A stretch of 64,000 nucleotides of DNA from the human T2T-CHM13v2.0 reference genome, Homo sapiens, in NCBI RefSeq assembly GCF_009914755.1, contig NC_060937.1, one strand, 5' to 3'. Shown in pieces: positions 41,504-52,666 of this stretch (its first letter is position 1; the number at the start of each line of letters is the position of its first letter). Below the pieces are notes generated by a model. The model did no database searches. It saw nothing but the letters and a program-made list of their open reading frames with translations, and was not told where the DNA came from. The translations under genes were made by a program, and so were the position numbers.

Positions 41504-42690
41504 CTACAGTCAAAATGACAGAGTAGGTCCAGGTACTAACAGAGGTAAATCACATCCCTCAGGCAAAATACAGGCTAACCTTCCATCCCTGGATAACAAT
41601 GCATTCACCAAGGGCTTCTGCCCTGGGTGATGGCACCACACCTTCTCAGCTCCCCATGGTTCTTTTGGGTCCTATATCCATGCCAGTGTCACAGGGGAGC
41701 TCATAATAGGCCACACAGACAGTACATATGTCCTCTGGAGAAGGGCTCCCTCCCTGACCGTTCCTCTATGAACAGCCAACCACTGGGGCCATGTATTGAA
41801 TGCCCAAGGAGTGACATGCAAGTCATACTGTAGTTCCTCCCCGCAAGGAGCTACAGTGGCCAACTGCCAGCAGTAGGGGGTTTGGAGGATCCATGGCCAC
41901 AGCCAGGTTTTCTGTTCCCCTTCTTTCAGGGGTGTTGGAGCAGGCAGCAACAGGTTACTGTTCGTTTCCGTACCTGGTCAGGGGAGGTCATCCTTGGTAT
42001 GTATCTGCAACTGAATGGGGGCAGCGGCTGGGTGTAACAACGCCTCCATCAGGGCCGGGCCACTTTTCTGTGGCTGTTCACTCAAGGTTTGGAGAACCAG
42101 GTCCAGCCTGGAACTCCAGCCCTGCAAAGACATGGGTGTGACCTGCAAGTGTAACCCATTCTTCCAGAGCCTGTTATATTGCTCAATCCTACCCATAGCT
42201 TGTGGATTATATGGCACATGGAATCCCCCCTTTATGTCTATTTGTTGCATCCATTGTTGTACGTTTTGTCCATTGAAACGTGCTCCACTATCACTCTCAG
42301 TGGCCAGAGGGCAACCATAGAGGGCACATAAGTGTTGCAGGGCTCAGATAGTGTTGTGTAGGTCGGCCACCCTTAAAGTGTGGGCAAACAACAGGCCTGT
42401 GGTCATGTCCACAGCTGTTAGCACATGCATATAACCTTGTGACTTTGGCAGCGTCCCTATGTGGTCTACCTGCCTCCTGGTCAAGGGCACTCACCCTATC
42501 GTTACTTGATGTACAACACTGGGCAGCTCTCTTCATTTGCAGTATGCCTGAGCACATGCCAGGCATTTCTGACAAGCCTCTAAATGTCTTCCATGTGCAG
42601 GGACAGACCCCCAATGCTTATTGACGTGTTGCATCAGTTTACCTCCTGCATGTCCCGTTTTCTAGTGTAGCCACAAGGCCACATCTCATG
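41504..42690 (-). pseudogene. pol: Integrase (HHCC, DDE core, C-terminal domain) with inserted dUTPase-like segment 41672-41965
   Basis: WLH*KTGH...CLAC; QVDHIGTLP..LTAVD; ESDSGARF; FHVPYNPQAMGRIEQYN; KVWCHHPGQKP. Confidence 0.9.
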
Positions 42691-44523
42691 TAGGTGCTGA
42701 CTCTAACCATTGGACCTTGGCCATTATCATTGCTGGGGGTGACCAGAGTCATATGGCCTGACCCATGATGAATAGTTACCTCTTCCTGAAGACCCATTTC
42801 CCAGAGGTCTTGCCACATGTCTTGGCCCCAAATGGGTCAGTGGCTAACTAGCCACTTCTGTGTTTTCCAGGTAGTTAACCAGAAAATTAAGCCTTGATAA
42901 ACCACCTATCTATTGGTACAGATTACCATAGGTGTCATCTCTGTAATGATTACCATCCATACTGCTCTAAGTTCAGCCAATCGGCTACTTGGTCCACACC
43001 CAGTTTCAAACGATATGGTGTCAGTACTAGGTTAGACTGCAACAGTGGTCCAGGCAGCAGTAGCACCTCAGCTAGACCCATCTGTGTACCATGCACCATT
43101 GAGAATGGGGGGATGCCCTTCCTTAAACAAGGCTCAGGGTCTAGGGGTGCCTCAGACCTCATGGTCTTATCTTGTATTAGGACTACAGGTTTCAAGATCT
43201 TTTGCAACTCTGCTGCTAAGGGGCTTGTACTCAGTGTACTCCACTGCTCCAAGTAGGCGCCCCACTTTGCCAAAGTGGATGTCTGTGTCATCCCAGTCTA
43301 AGGGGTTGTTACCCATGAATGCACCCATCCTGCTATTGGGTAAGTCATCTGCACGATGACTGCAGCCCATCCTGTCACACTCTCACAAGCCTGAAGGGCA
43401 GCATAGACAGCTGCTAGCTCTTTCTCTGTCAAGGAATACCAGAGCTCAGCTTCCATCTATAGTTGGGAACTAAAGCCTACTGGTGTTCTCAAGTGCTCCT
43501 TGTGCTGCCACGGACCCCATTTGAAACCATTGGTGGTCCCATGCACATCCAGCTCAAACAGGTGCCCCTGGTCAACTACCCATAGGACTTGTGCCTGCTG
43601 AGTTGAATCGCGTGGCTGCCAGGAAGGTGGTCTCAGCCACATCATCCCAATCCCAGGTAGCTCCCTTCTTTGTTAACCAATACAAAGATTTTATCATTTG
43701 AGCTAAATGAGGCACAAATGTCTGCCAATATCCCAGGAGACCCACAAAAGTTTGCAGCTGCTTCACCGTGGTGGGCTGGGGATATGCCTTAATCTTATCA
43801 TTAATAGCCTCTGGGATGGCCTTTATTTTACCTGACCAGATAACTCCCAAGAATTTGGCAGATAATACAGACTCTTGGACCTTGGATTCATTGATGGCCC
43901 AACCACATGCTGCCAAATGTTGCTGCAAGAGGGGCACTGCTGCTTCTAAATTTGCAAGAGAACCAGCGGTTAACATAATATTATCAATATAATGGAATAG
44001 GCAGACCCCTTCTGGACATTGCCAGATGGCTAAATCTGTGGCAACTAGACCATGATGAATGTGGGCCTATGCACATAACCCTATGGCAACACTGTAAAAG
44101 TCCACTGTCACCCATCTCACATGAAGGTGAACTGTTCCTGCTCTCTAGAGAATGTCTATGAAGAAACATGCTTTGGCCAAGTCCACTACGTAGTGGTACT
44201 ATCCCAGTTCCATTGTCAAATGGTCCATCAAATGCATAACTGACATTGACAGTACAGCTGGGGGTTACTTTATTCAGTTCCCGATAGTCCTCCTTCATCC
44301 ACCAAGTTCCATCAGGCTTTCTAACTGGCCACAACGGAGAATTGTAGGGACTGTGGGTGCCACTCACTCTCTGCACCTCCTCCAGCTTTTTAATTGTCTC
44401 AGTTATCTCCATATGCGCCCCTGGCAAATGGTATTGACAGGTGGAAATAACCCATTGGGGTTGTGGCAGGTCCTGAGGCTGATAATGCGTATGTCTGCAG
44501 AGCACCAGATTTACCACACACAC
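42691..44523 (-). pseudogene. pol: Reverse transcriptase-RNase H, disrupted
   Basis: PYNSPLWPVRKPDGTW; LFHYIDNIML (43971-44000; YIDD>YIDN); KFLGVIWSG; LQTFVGLLGYW; RNase H AWYTDGSS at about 43071-43094. Confidence 0.93.
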
Positions 44524-44880
44524 TCAGAGTCTGAATTCCCTGGTCATAGTTGGTAATGCCAGGCCATGTAAAATGTCCATCCTCAGAATGTATTCCAGCA
44601 TGAGAGAGACATAAACAGTATAAAAATGGGGAGAAAAACAGCCAATGACAAGGTGCAGAGATACAGGATTCACTTTCACTGACTGGCCTCCATAACTGTT
44701 AATGTAAGCAGGTTTGCCTGGAAACTTATCCAGGTTCTCATAAACAAGGCTGCAATCTGTGCCAGTATCCATCAGTGCCAGCACCCACTGTACATTGGTG
44801 GGGGACCAGTGGATCACTAATTCCACATGTGGCCTCCAGGCATCTCATGTCCCCCCAAGCTGTGCACCTCGGCCAGTTCC
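44524..44880 (-). pseudogene. pro: Retroviral aspartic protease
   Basis: VIHW...ALMDTGTDCSL...YILRMDIL (DTG triad, ILGxD-like motif), class III style. Confidence 0.92.
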
Positions 44881-44930
44881 CTAATCAAACAGAAAAGATT
44901 CTACATTTCCACCTGGCTGCAGCAAGTAGC
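44881..44930 (-). pseudogene. gag: Last about 15 codons of gag plus stop
   Basis: YLLQPGGNVESFLFD* ending in TAG, in frame with pro; assignment is positional. Confidence 0.6.
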
Positions 44931-44931
44931 C

Positions 44932-45020
44932 TGCGCCTGCACTCCAAACATGCTGACTCATGCTGCACCTGAAGGCCACCTCAGCCTACTCCTGACTTAA
45001 GTGCAGCCATTTTCCTTACA
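44932..45020 (-). mobile_element. 5' LTR remnant (first 89 bp of U3)
   Basis: Ungapped 75/89 match to 40279-40367; abuts the TSD. Confidence 0.92.
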
Positions 45021-45375
45021 ATCCTAATATCTCTTTTCACTCTTAAATTAGACAAAAGTTGTTGCTCTAAACTGACATAGAGAGGAATCCTGTTACCTAA
45101 TTACAACCTCATTTGAATTTAATGTCTTTCTTTGTGTTTTTTTTTTCTTGGAATATTTTCTTCTGTTCTGTATTTTTTTGTGTTTCCTATTGTGTATATT
45201 TTATTTACTCTTTAGGGCTAACTCAAAGGTTACTTATCCTGTTAATAGTTCCCTGACAAATTTCCCTTTCATGCCACTATCATGGCAGTTGTGACAATGT
45301 AGTGTGCTAATTTCCGAACAAATGCATCTCTTTTTCTCACTACAGGATCTTCAAGAGCAGGTAGTACATTTGTCT

Positions 45376-45404
45376 TTATAACTGTCTTTATAAGACAGTT
45401 ATAA
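45376..45404. repeat. Perfect 13-bp inverted repeat with 3-nt loop
   Basis: TTATAACTGTCTT-TAT-AAGACAGTTATAA. Confidence 0.95.
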
Positions 45405-46270
45405 GTAGCAGTAAACTAGGGCTGAATTAGTGTAAATGGAATGCAATGTAGCATAAGTGAATTTTACCTACTAATCATTCTGATTTTAGTCATCATAATC
45501 TCCATTATTACTCCTTTGAAAGAACAACGATTGCAGACATTTGAAAGAAGCAAGTTGTTGGAAAATAAGGTTTCAGCATTCCTTTTAAAAATCTCAGGAA
45601 TTGATATTAATTTTGTTGTTTTCCAGTACCGTTAGTGAGGCATTGCTCATCCCCTGTCCCTAATTGGGGTTGCAAGAGAGGTTGGCCGTGTTTTTACATG
45701 TCTCTATAGCTGAAATAAAGTATTTGCAAAGGAGTATCCTAGCTATGCAGGGCTCATTAACATTACTAAATTCTTGAAAATGTGGTTAATTATTGAGTCG
45801 CATGTGTTGTAAGAATTTTTCTTTCTATCCATTCCTATCAACATACAGTAACTAACTCTTTTCCAACTACTACACCGTGAAAACTACTATAATATCAATA
45901 ATTAAATAATAGCAGGTTTTGAGTACTTATTACATATGTGCATTGTTCCTGGAGCATTTTAATTTATTGGTTAATTTAATCCTCCAAAAACTTTTGAGTA
46001 GGTAGTTGTCATTTACATATTATAAAATTCACTTAAACTCCCATTTAATGCATTCTGGAAAATATACTTAGGAGGAATTGTATTAGACATATGTCTATTT
46101 TAAAAATAAGATTATCAATTAAAAAAAGGCTTTAGTTTTTGAAACCACTTCTAGCTGTTTATTATTTAATATAACGAAATTGACTCCACTGCCTGTTGAT
46201 CTTACAGAAATGCAATATTTCCTATCAACTAAGACAGTCAATGTAATTTTTGTTCAATTGTCCCTATTTA

Positions 46271-46563
46271 GGCTGGGCATGGTGGCTCACACTGTAATCC
46301 CAGCACTTTGGGAGGCCAAGTGGGTGGATCCCTTGAGGTCAGGAGTTCGAGACCAGCCTGGCCAACATGGTGAAACCCTGCCTCCACTGAAAATACAAAA
46401 ATTAGCCAGATGTGGTGGCACACACCTGTAATCTCAGCTACTCAGGAGGCTGAGGCACTAGACTCGCTTGAACCTGGGAGGCGGAGGTTGCAGTGAGCCA
46501 AGATAACGCCACTGCACTCCAGCCTGGGTGACAGAGGAAGACTTCATCTCAAAAATTAAAAAA
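46271..46563 (+). mobile_element. AluS
   Basis: Full dimer; TSD aatt(g/a)tcc(c/t)tattta. Confidence 0.97.
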
Positions 46564-46961
46564 TTATCCTTATTTAGTGAATAATTTGTCTAAATGTTCT
46601 CAACATTTGGCTAGTTTTAAAATATGTAATATATTGTATTTTATGTGGTATTTCTATACCAGTAATACTTTGCTTTATAAAACATACCATGTACCCATAC
46701 ATAAATAAATTCTATTTATTTATTTATATAAATAAATAAATTTTATATTTACATATATTATATATATAAATTAATTCTATTAAATTCTATATAAATAAAT
46801 TCTATTAAATAACTTTAGGATAGTATTCACGAAATGTTTTTCTGTGTGTTTACACATATACACACAAGGCAGACATGCATGTTACATAAAAACATTTAAT
46901 TTAAAAGTAATTTTAAATTAAATTTACTTTAACACAAAAAAGAATTTTTCTATGTATGTAA

Positions 46962-47190
46962 AGCTAGTAGGAAGGAGGTTGGTATTAGTAGATGTTGTGA
47001 GATGTGATCAAATTCAGGATATTCTTTATATCAAGCTAACAGAATTTCTGATGAATTGAATATCAGTTACAAAATAATGTGGGAAACAAAAGATGACCCA
47101 TTGTTTGGAGGTTTTTGTTTTTTATTTACATAATTGGGGATTTGCTCACGTAGAATAGAAGGAAAATTTTGGACATTAAATTTTAGAATT
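46962..47190 (-). mobile_element. L2 fragment
   Basis: gtgagatgtgatcaaattcaggatatt...aacagaatttctgatgaattgaatat...aagatgac. Confidence 0.65.
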
Positions 47191-47397
47191 ACCATGTGTA
47201 CAGAGGGCTAACCAAATACATGTGCTTCCCTTGCAGTTATGCTGGGGCCATGCTATTAGGATTGGCCAATGGGATGTGGTCAGAAATGAGTTATGTCACT
47301 TTCAGCTTCCAGGCAATTAAGATGCACTGTAGTGTGTCTTTTCCTCTTCCACAGTAATTACATATTCCAGATGGTGTGACTGATAACCAGGCTTTCA

Positions 47398-48046
<649 letters not shown>

Positions 48047-48149
48047 CTATTTGGGAGCAATCCAATATTCTTATAAGATAATAAACAAAAACTCTGAAAT
48101 GGGGGTTTAAAATATTAAAACTTTCCAACATGCTGAAGCACATGTTTAA

Positions 48150-48618
48150 CTTAATGAAATATTTTGTTACATGCAAGGGGGAATTAAAGCTGCTAATAAT
48201 CTAACCCCCTTTATATGGGGATAACAGGAGAGTATCCTGTGTTACACAGGTGGGTTTAATGTAAGTAACAACGAGGTCCTTAGAAATTAAAGAGGGTTGC
48301 TGAGGAGTCAGAGAAGGAAATGTAATGATGGAATAATGGACATGGAATCAGGGTGCTGTGATGGTTGGTTTTGAAGATGAAAGGGGACCATAAGCCAAAG
48401 AATGCCAGTGGTCTCTGGAGCCTGGAAAAGGCCAGGAAAGGGGTTCTCCGCTAGAACCTCTAGAATGAATGCAGAACCACTGATACCTTAATTTTAGCCC
48501 ATGAAGACCCACTTTGGACTCCAGACCTGCATAAGTGCAAGAAAATAAATTTGTCTTGCTTAAAGCCATTGGCTTTTTAAAAGTAACTTGTTATAGCAGC
48601 AATAGAAAAAGTAATACA
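48150..48618 (+). mobile_element. MaLR LTR (MLT1D-like)
   Basis: ttttgaagatgaaaggggaccataagccaaagaatgc...ctggaaaaggccaggaaa...gcagcaatagaaaaagtaataca. Confidence 0.85.
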
Positions 48619-48830
48619 CTAAGGCTTTAAGCCTGCCATGTGAGATAGTTTAACTTTTTAGATGACCGAAGCTTATCTGGTGTGGGCTCTTGCCCATAGG
48701 ATTGCTTTTATAATGGCTGCACTGGCTGTATGTGGTCTAGTAAGCTTATGTAGGCTGCAGGAGGGTTTCAGCTTAAGACCAGGAGAGCAGCTGGAGGCTT
48801 TAGTAAGCTGACATAGATGAGACCAGTAAC
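48619..48830 (-). mobile_element. L2 fragment
   Basis: ctggctgtatgtgg...aggagagcagctggaggct...agatga. Confidence 0.5.
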
Positions 48831-48939
48831 ACCATACCAGTAATACTTTGCGTTATAAAACACACCATGTACCCATATATGAATAAATTCTATTAAATAA
48901 CTTTAGGACTGTATTCAGGAAGTGTTTTTATGGGGGGTG

Positions 48940-49081
48940 GAAATCATTAAATATATTGCTTCTTCCCCCACATGTGCACATCCCGAGATTCTGATTTAAA
49001 TGGGTCAGGTGTCACCTGGGCATGGAGATTTTTAAAGCACTCCAGATAATACTAGTGTGCAAACTAAATCAACAACCACTA
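48940..49081. mobile_element. MER5-type fragment
   Basis: gagattctgatttaaatgggtc..cctgggcatggagatttttaaagcactccagataat. Confidence 0.7.
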
Positions 49082-49628
49082 AGTCAGAGGACAAAGCTGA
49101 TAGTCGGGAGTCCTTTTAGGAAAGATAAATAGAAAAATATTTGCTACTTGTTGCTACAGACCCCAAAAAAGATGTCTCACATACCAATACCAGGGAGTTC
49201 TAGTTATAAATTGCTAGTTTAAGACTGAAAGAGAAACACTAGAGCAGCTGCCCTTCGACTTCAGATTTAGAGCTGAAGAAGAAACTGGTCAGTAATAAAC
49301 TTTGAATTTACATAGCCAGGGGTTACATCTAAGAATGAAAAACAGTGACTAATTTTGTGGACATCAATGTGATGCAGGTTTTATAAGTGAGTGTATAAGC
49401 ATTTCCTTTTTCTTGAGCAAACATGCCTGAAACTATGTGGAATTCAAAAAGGAAAGATAGAGTGCCTTGGGGAGCAGTAATATTGATCATCACTGCTCTG
49501 AGAAATACAGACTTCAAAAGTATCAACAGCAACTTTCTCAGGCATCGATTCAGAATGATTTTTCCAGTTGAAACAAATGTGTATTTGAAATGAACAACTC
49601 GGCTAAGGGCAAGAGTCATAAGACTAAG

Positions 49629-49772
49629 CAGGTAGTTTTTAAACTGGTCTGAATATAGAATCACCCAGAGAACTGTAAGCTTGGTGTTGCTTAAAAAGTG
49701 TCTGCCTCTTAAAAACTGACTCTTAAAGACTTTAAGATGGTCTTAATGCACAGTTCAGGTCAAGATCCACTG
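49629..49772. mobile_element. MER5-type fragment
   Basis: tagtttttaaactgg..tagaatcaccc...taatgcacag..aagatccactg. Confidence 0.55.
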
Positions 49773-52459
49773 GCCTGGACTTTGCCATAGAAAGAGGGGG
49801 TGGCAATAGCATCTATGGCAAAGAACTAGTAATGTTTGATCCCAAGATATTGTAGAGGGAGTGTTACTAGACAGATCACTACTGTAAGGGCCAGAAAAAA
49901 CACCTCAAACAAAAAACTGATTTTTTGGATATCATGGGTAGGAAAAAAATTTATCTCAAATAACTCCTGGAGACTGGGGCTGCCCTTTGCCAATTTATAA
50001 TCATGGCAAGAAGAAAACAATATTTGAAAAGCCACTTTCTAAAGGAGGAGATTGTATGTGGAGTGTTCTGCTTACTCCACCTCCAACCTCCCCACCCCTG
50101 ATATAAGATACGTGAGTAATGCCAAAGTGATGCTGCAGAACCTCCTTGTGAAGAAGGATTCTCCTATTTGGTTTGATTCCAGGTACAGGCGCAGATGTAC
50201 TAGCAACCTATAAGGTCCAAAAGATGGTTTTCTCTTTCTCTGTTGAATGTGTACCATGAGTTGGGATGGGACGGTGTACTGGGTATTATGGAAACACACT
50301 TTAGCCTCAAGTATCAACTTCAGGCAGCTGGTGACTTTTCTAAGTTGGATATATATGAGACCAGTGTGGTAATAATCTTGTTTCCTGTTTACCATTTGAA
50401 CTCTCTAAAAAGAGGCTACCTGTTATAAATTTAGCTTCTGATATTAAGGGAGCTAGTCCTTTTAGTGCAAGAGACAGGTGGTTCTGCAGTTATTAAAAAT
50501 TCTTGAAACTGTCCAAACCCCAAGCATACCTCCAGCTGAGACTGACAGAAAATAAGGTGGGAGGGAGGACTTTTCTTTGGATTTCTAATTCTAAAGGTGA
50601 AAAAATATTGTGATATAATGCTTAAGTCTAATTTCAAGAAACATAAAATTTGGACTTTACTTTCTCCCAGGGAGTGTATGTCAATGAAATAAGATTATAT
50701 TTCAGGTAGCTCTGCTCTTGGTATATTTTCCGTTGGAGGGTCTTTCAACATGTAGGCATTTTATTGAAATATCTTGTGTTGTCATTTACCGTCTTGCAAA
50801 AATCTGCTTTGAGATGCTGAAATGTGCCAATATTATCTGGGATAGAAAATAAAACGAGAAAATAAGCATTAAATTTGGTTACATGGTGCCTTTGAGTAGA
50901 TTTAATTAATTCACTTTATTGACCCATATCAGACAGTTCCAGGAACAAAATCTAAGCTGCTCACCATTTTCTGAGGGGCCATGTTTGGTATTTCAGGAGT
51001 GGCCTTGAGGGGGAAGAAGAGTGACTTGTCTGACTGACGAATTTGGAAGGCAGAATTAACTGGGCATTTTTAGTTCTTCTTGGATTCTGTTCCAGCCAAG
51101 TATCTTCCTTTCTGTAGGTCTAGGATAAGGTTTTCCCCAGGGCAGAGAGGTGTCTTATTCTACAACTACCTTAGGACTGGGTAGTGAAGTTTCTCTAATG
51201 CCCAAGTTTGATCACTCTTGCACACAGATATGACTACATTCTCTGTTCTAGTCTTAAGAGTATTGACAGTTTTTTGGGGTCTCTCTATACCACTCCTTTT
51301 GCATTATTAGTTCAAAACCTGGGAGAAGGTGTGATTATTGATTTTTTTTGGTAAAATTTCAACATAATTAACTGAAAATTACGTATTAGGAAGCAATGAT
51401 TTACTAATCACTGTATACTTCTTTGTATGCCCTGAATCTTTTTGATAGATTTTTCCGTTATCCCTAATAACAAAAGCATTATTTCAGCTGTTAGGTAGAG
51501 CTCATTATCAGAACAAAGGTTTTCATACAGATAAAGGAGTGTAAGCATAATTATTTGCTTTGTGAATACATAGTCCACTATACTTTGATTTTTTAATTGA
51601 ATTTATCCTCCATCAAACTTTCTCGATCAATCAGTGAATAGCACAAAAGCAAGTGAATATCAACCTAATTAAAAATGAAATATTAATAAAACACTGTGAA
51701 GCCCTTACAGCTCTGAGAACAACTTGTAATAATTGACAAGGAGCTTTATAAATGGCCAGCTATTTGCATTTCCTTTGTTATGAACTGTTTGAAAGTATAT
51801 TTTGCCATTTTTAATGACTTTTCCTTATTCAGGATCTCTTTATGTATTAGGAAAATTAGATTTTGCAATTTAAGACAGCGTCTTTTTAATTTTTTTACTT
51901 AGACTGATCAATTAGGAATTTTATACACTGCACATTAATTTTAGCTCAGGGATATCATGATGAATTTTAGTTACCAACGAGCTCTGTGGTCAAATTTTTG
52001 TGATTACTGCTGCAGTCCCATGGTCCACTTCAGTAATCTTGACCATCTTGTCTCTGGCAGTTAAATGTCACTTACTCCTTATCTTCCAGCTCTAAGAACC
52101 CATCACCACTTCTAAATTCAGGAAGGCTTTTAAAAAGCCAACTTCACCAGCAGTCATCCTTGGCCAGGGGAAGGTATCCACTCCTGGGTCTTCCAAGTAT
52201 GCTGATGCTCCCATTATTAATGTATTGTTCAATATTTTCATGAAGCAAATATCCTCTCAGTATTATGGGGAACATAATTAGAGAGTATCTGAACAGCTTT
52301 TAAACAAGAAATCAAATTTAGTATTTCTGTTTACTTAAAATTTGTCTCTATTATATAAAAATGTTTTAGGCTGACCTTAATTTAAGACTACTTTCATAAA
52401 CATATGCCAGTATAAAATGAAATCAACTATGAGGCAAATTTTAGGGGAAAAAAATAGAG

Positions 52460-52666
52460 CTGTGATTGGCAAACTTTGTAAAAAGATAGATAGTAAATAT
52501 GTTCTACTTTTCCAGGTATACGTTCTCTGTCTTCACTACTCAGTAGTGGTAGCACTAAAGCAGCCACAGATCATGCATAAACAAAAGGACATGGCGGGGT
52601 TTATAAAACTTTATTTACAAAAACAGACAGGTGGATTTCACCTATAGTCATAGCTGACTGAACCTG
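52460..52666. mobile_element. MER58A
   Basis: ttggcaaact...gatagtaaatat...aaagcagccacaga...ataaaactttatttacaaaaacag. Confidence 0.85.

Larger units (their letters stand above)
40009..45020 (-). mobile_element. Deleted provirus of LTR18 / HERV-S (HERVL18) type
   Basis: Perfect 5-bp TSD ATCCT (40004-40008/45021-45025); two homologous LTR ends; pro-pol-env motifs in order on the minus strand. Confidence 0.93.

Noticed and set aside
43572-44523. Possibly functional reverse transcriptase
   Set aside because: YIDD is YIDN, and the frame is broken several times
50650-51300. Possible old ERV1-like LTR
   Set aside because: No termini or TSD identified; similarity is only an impression
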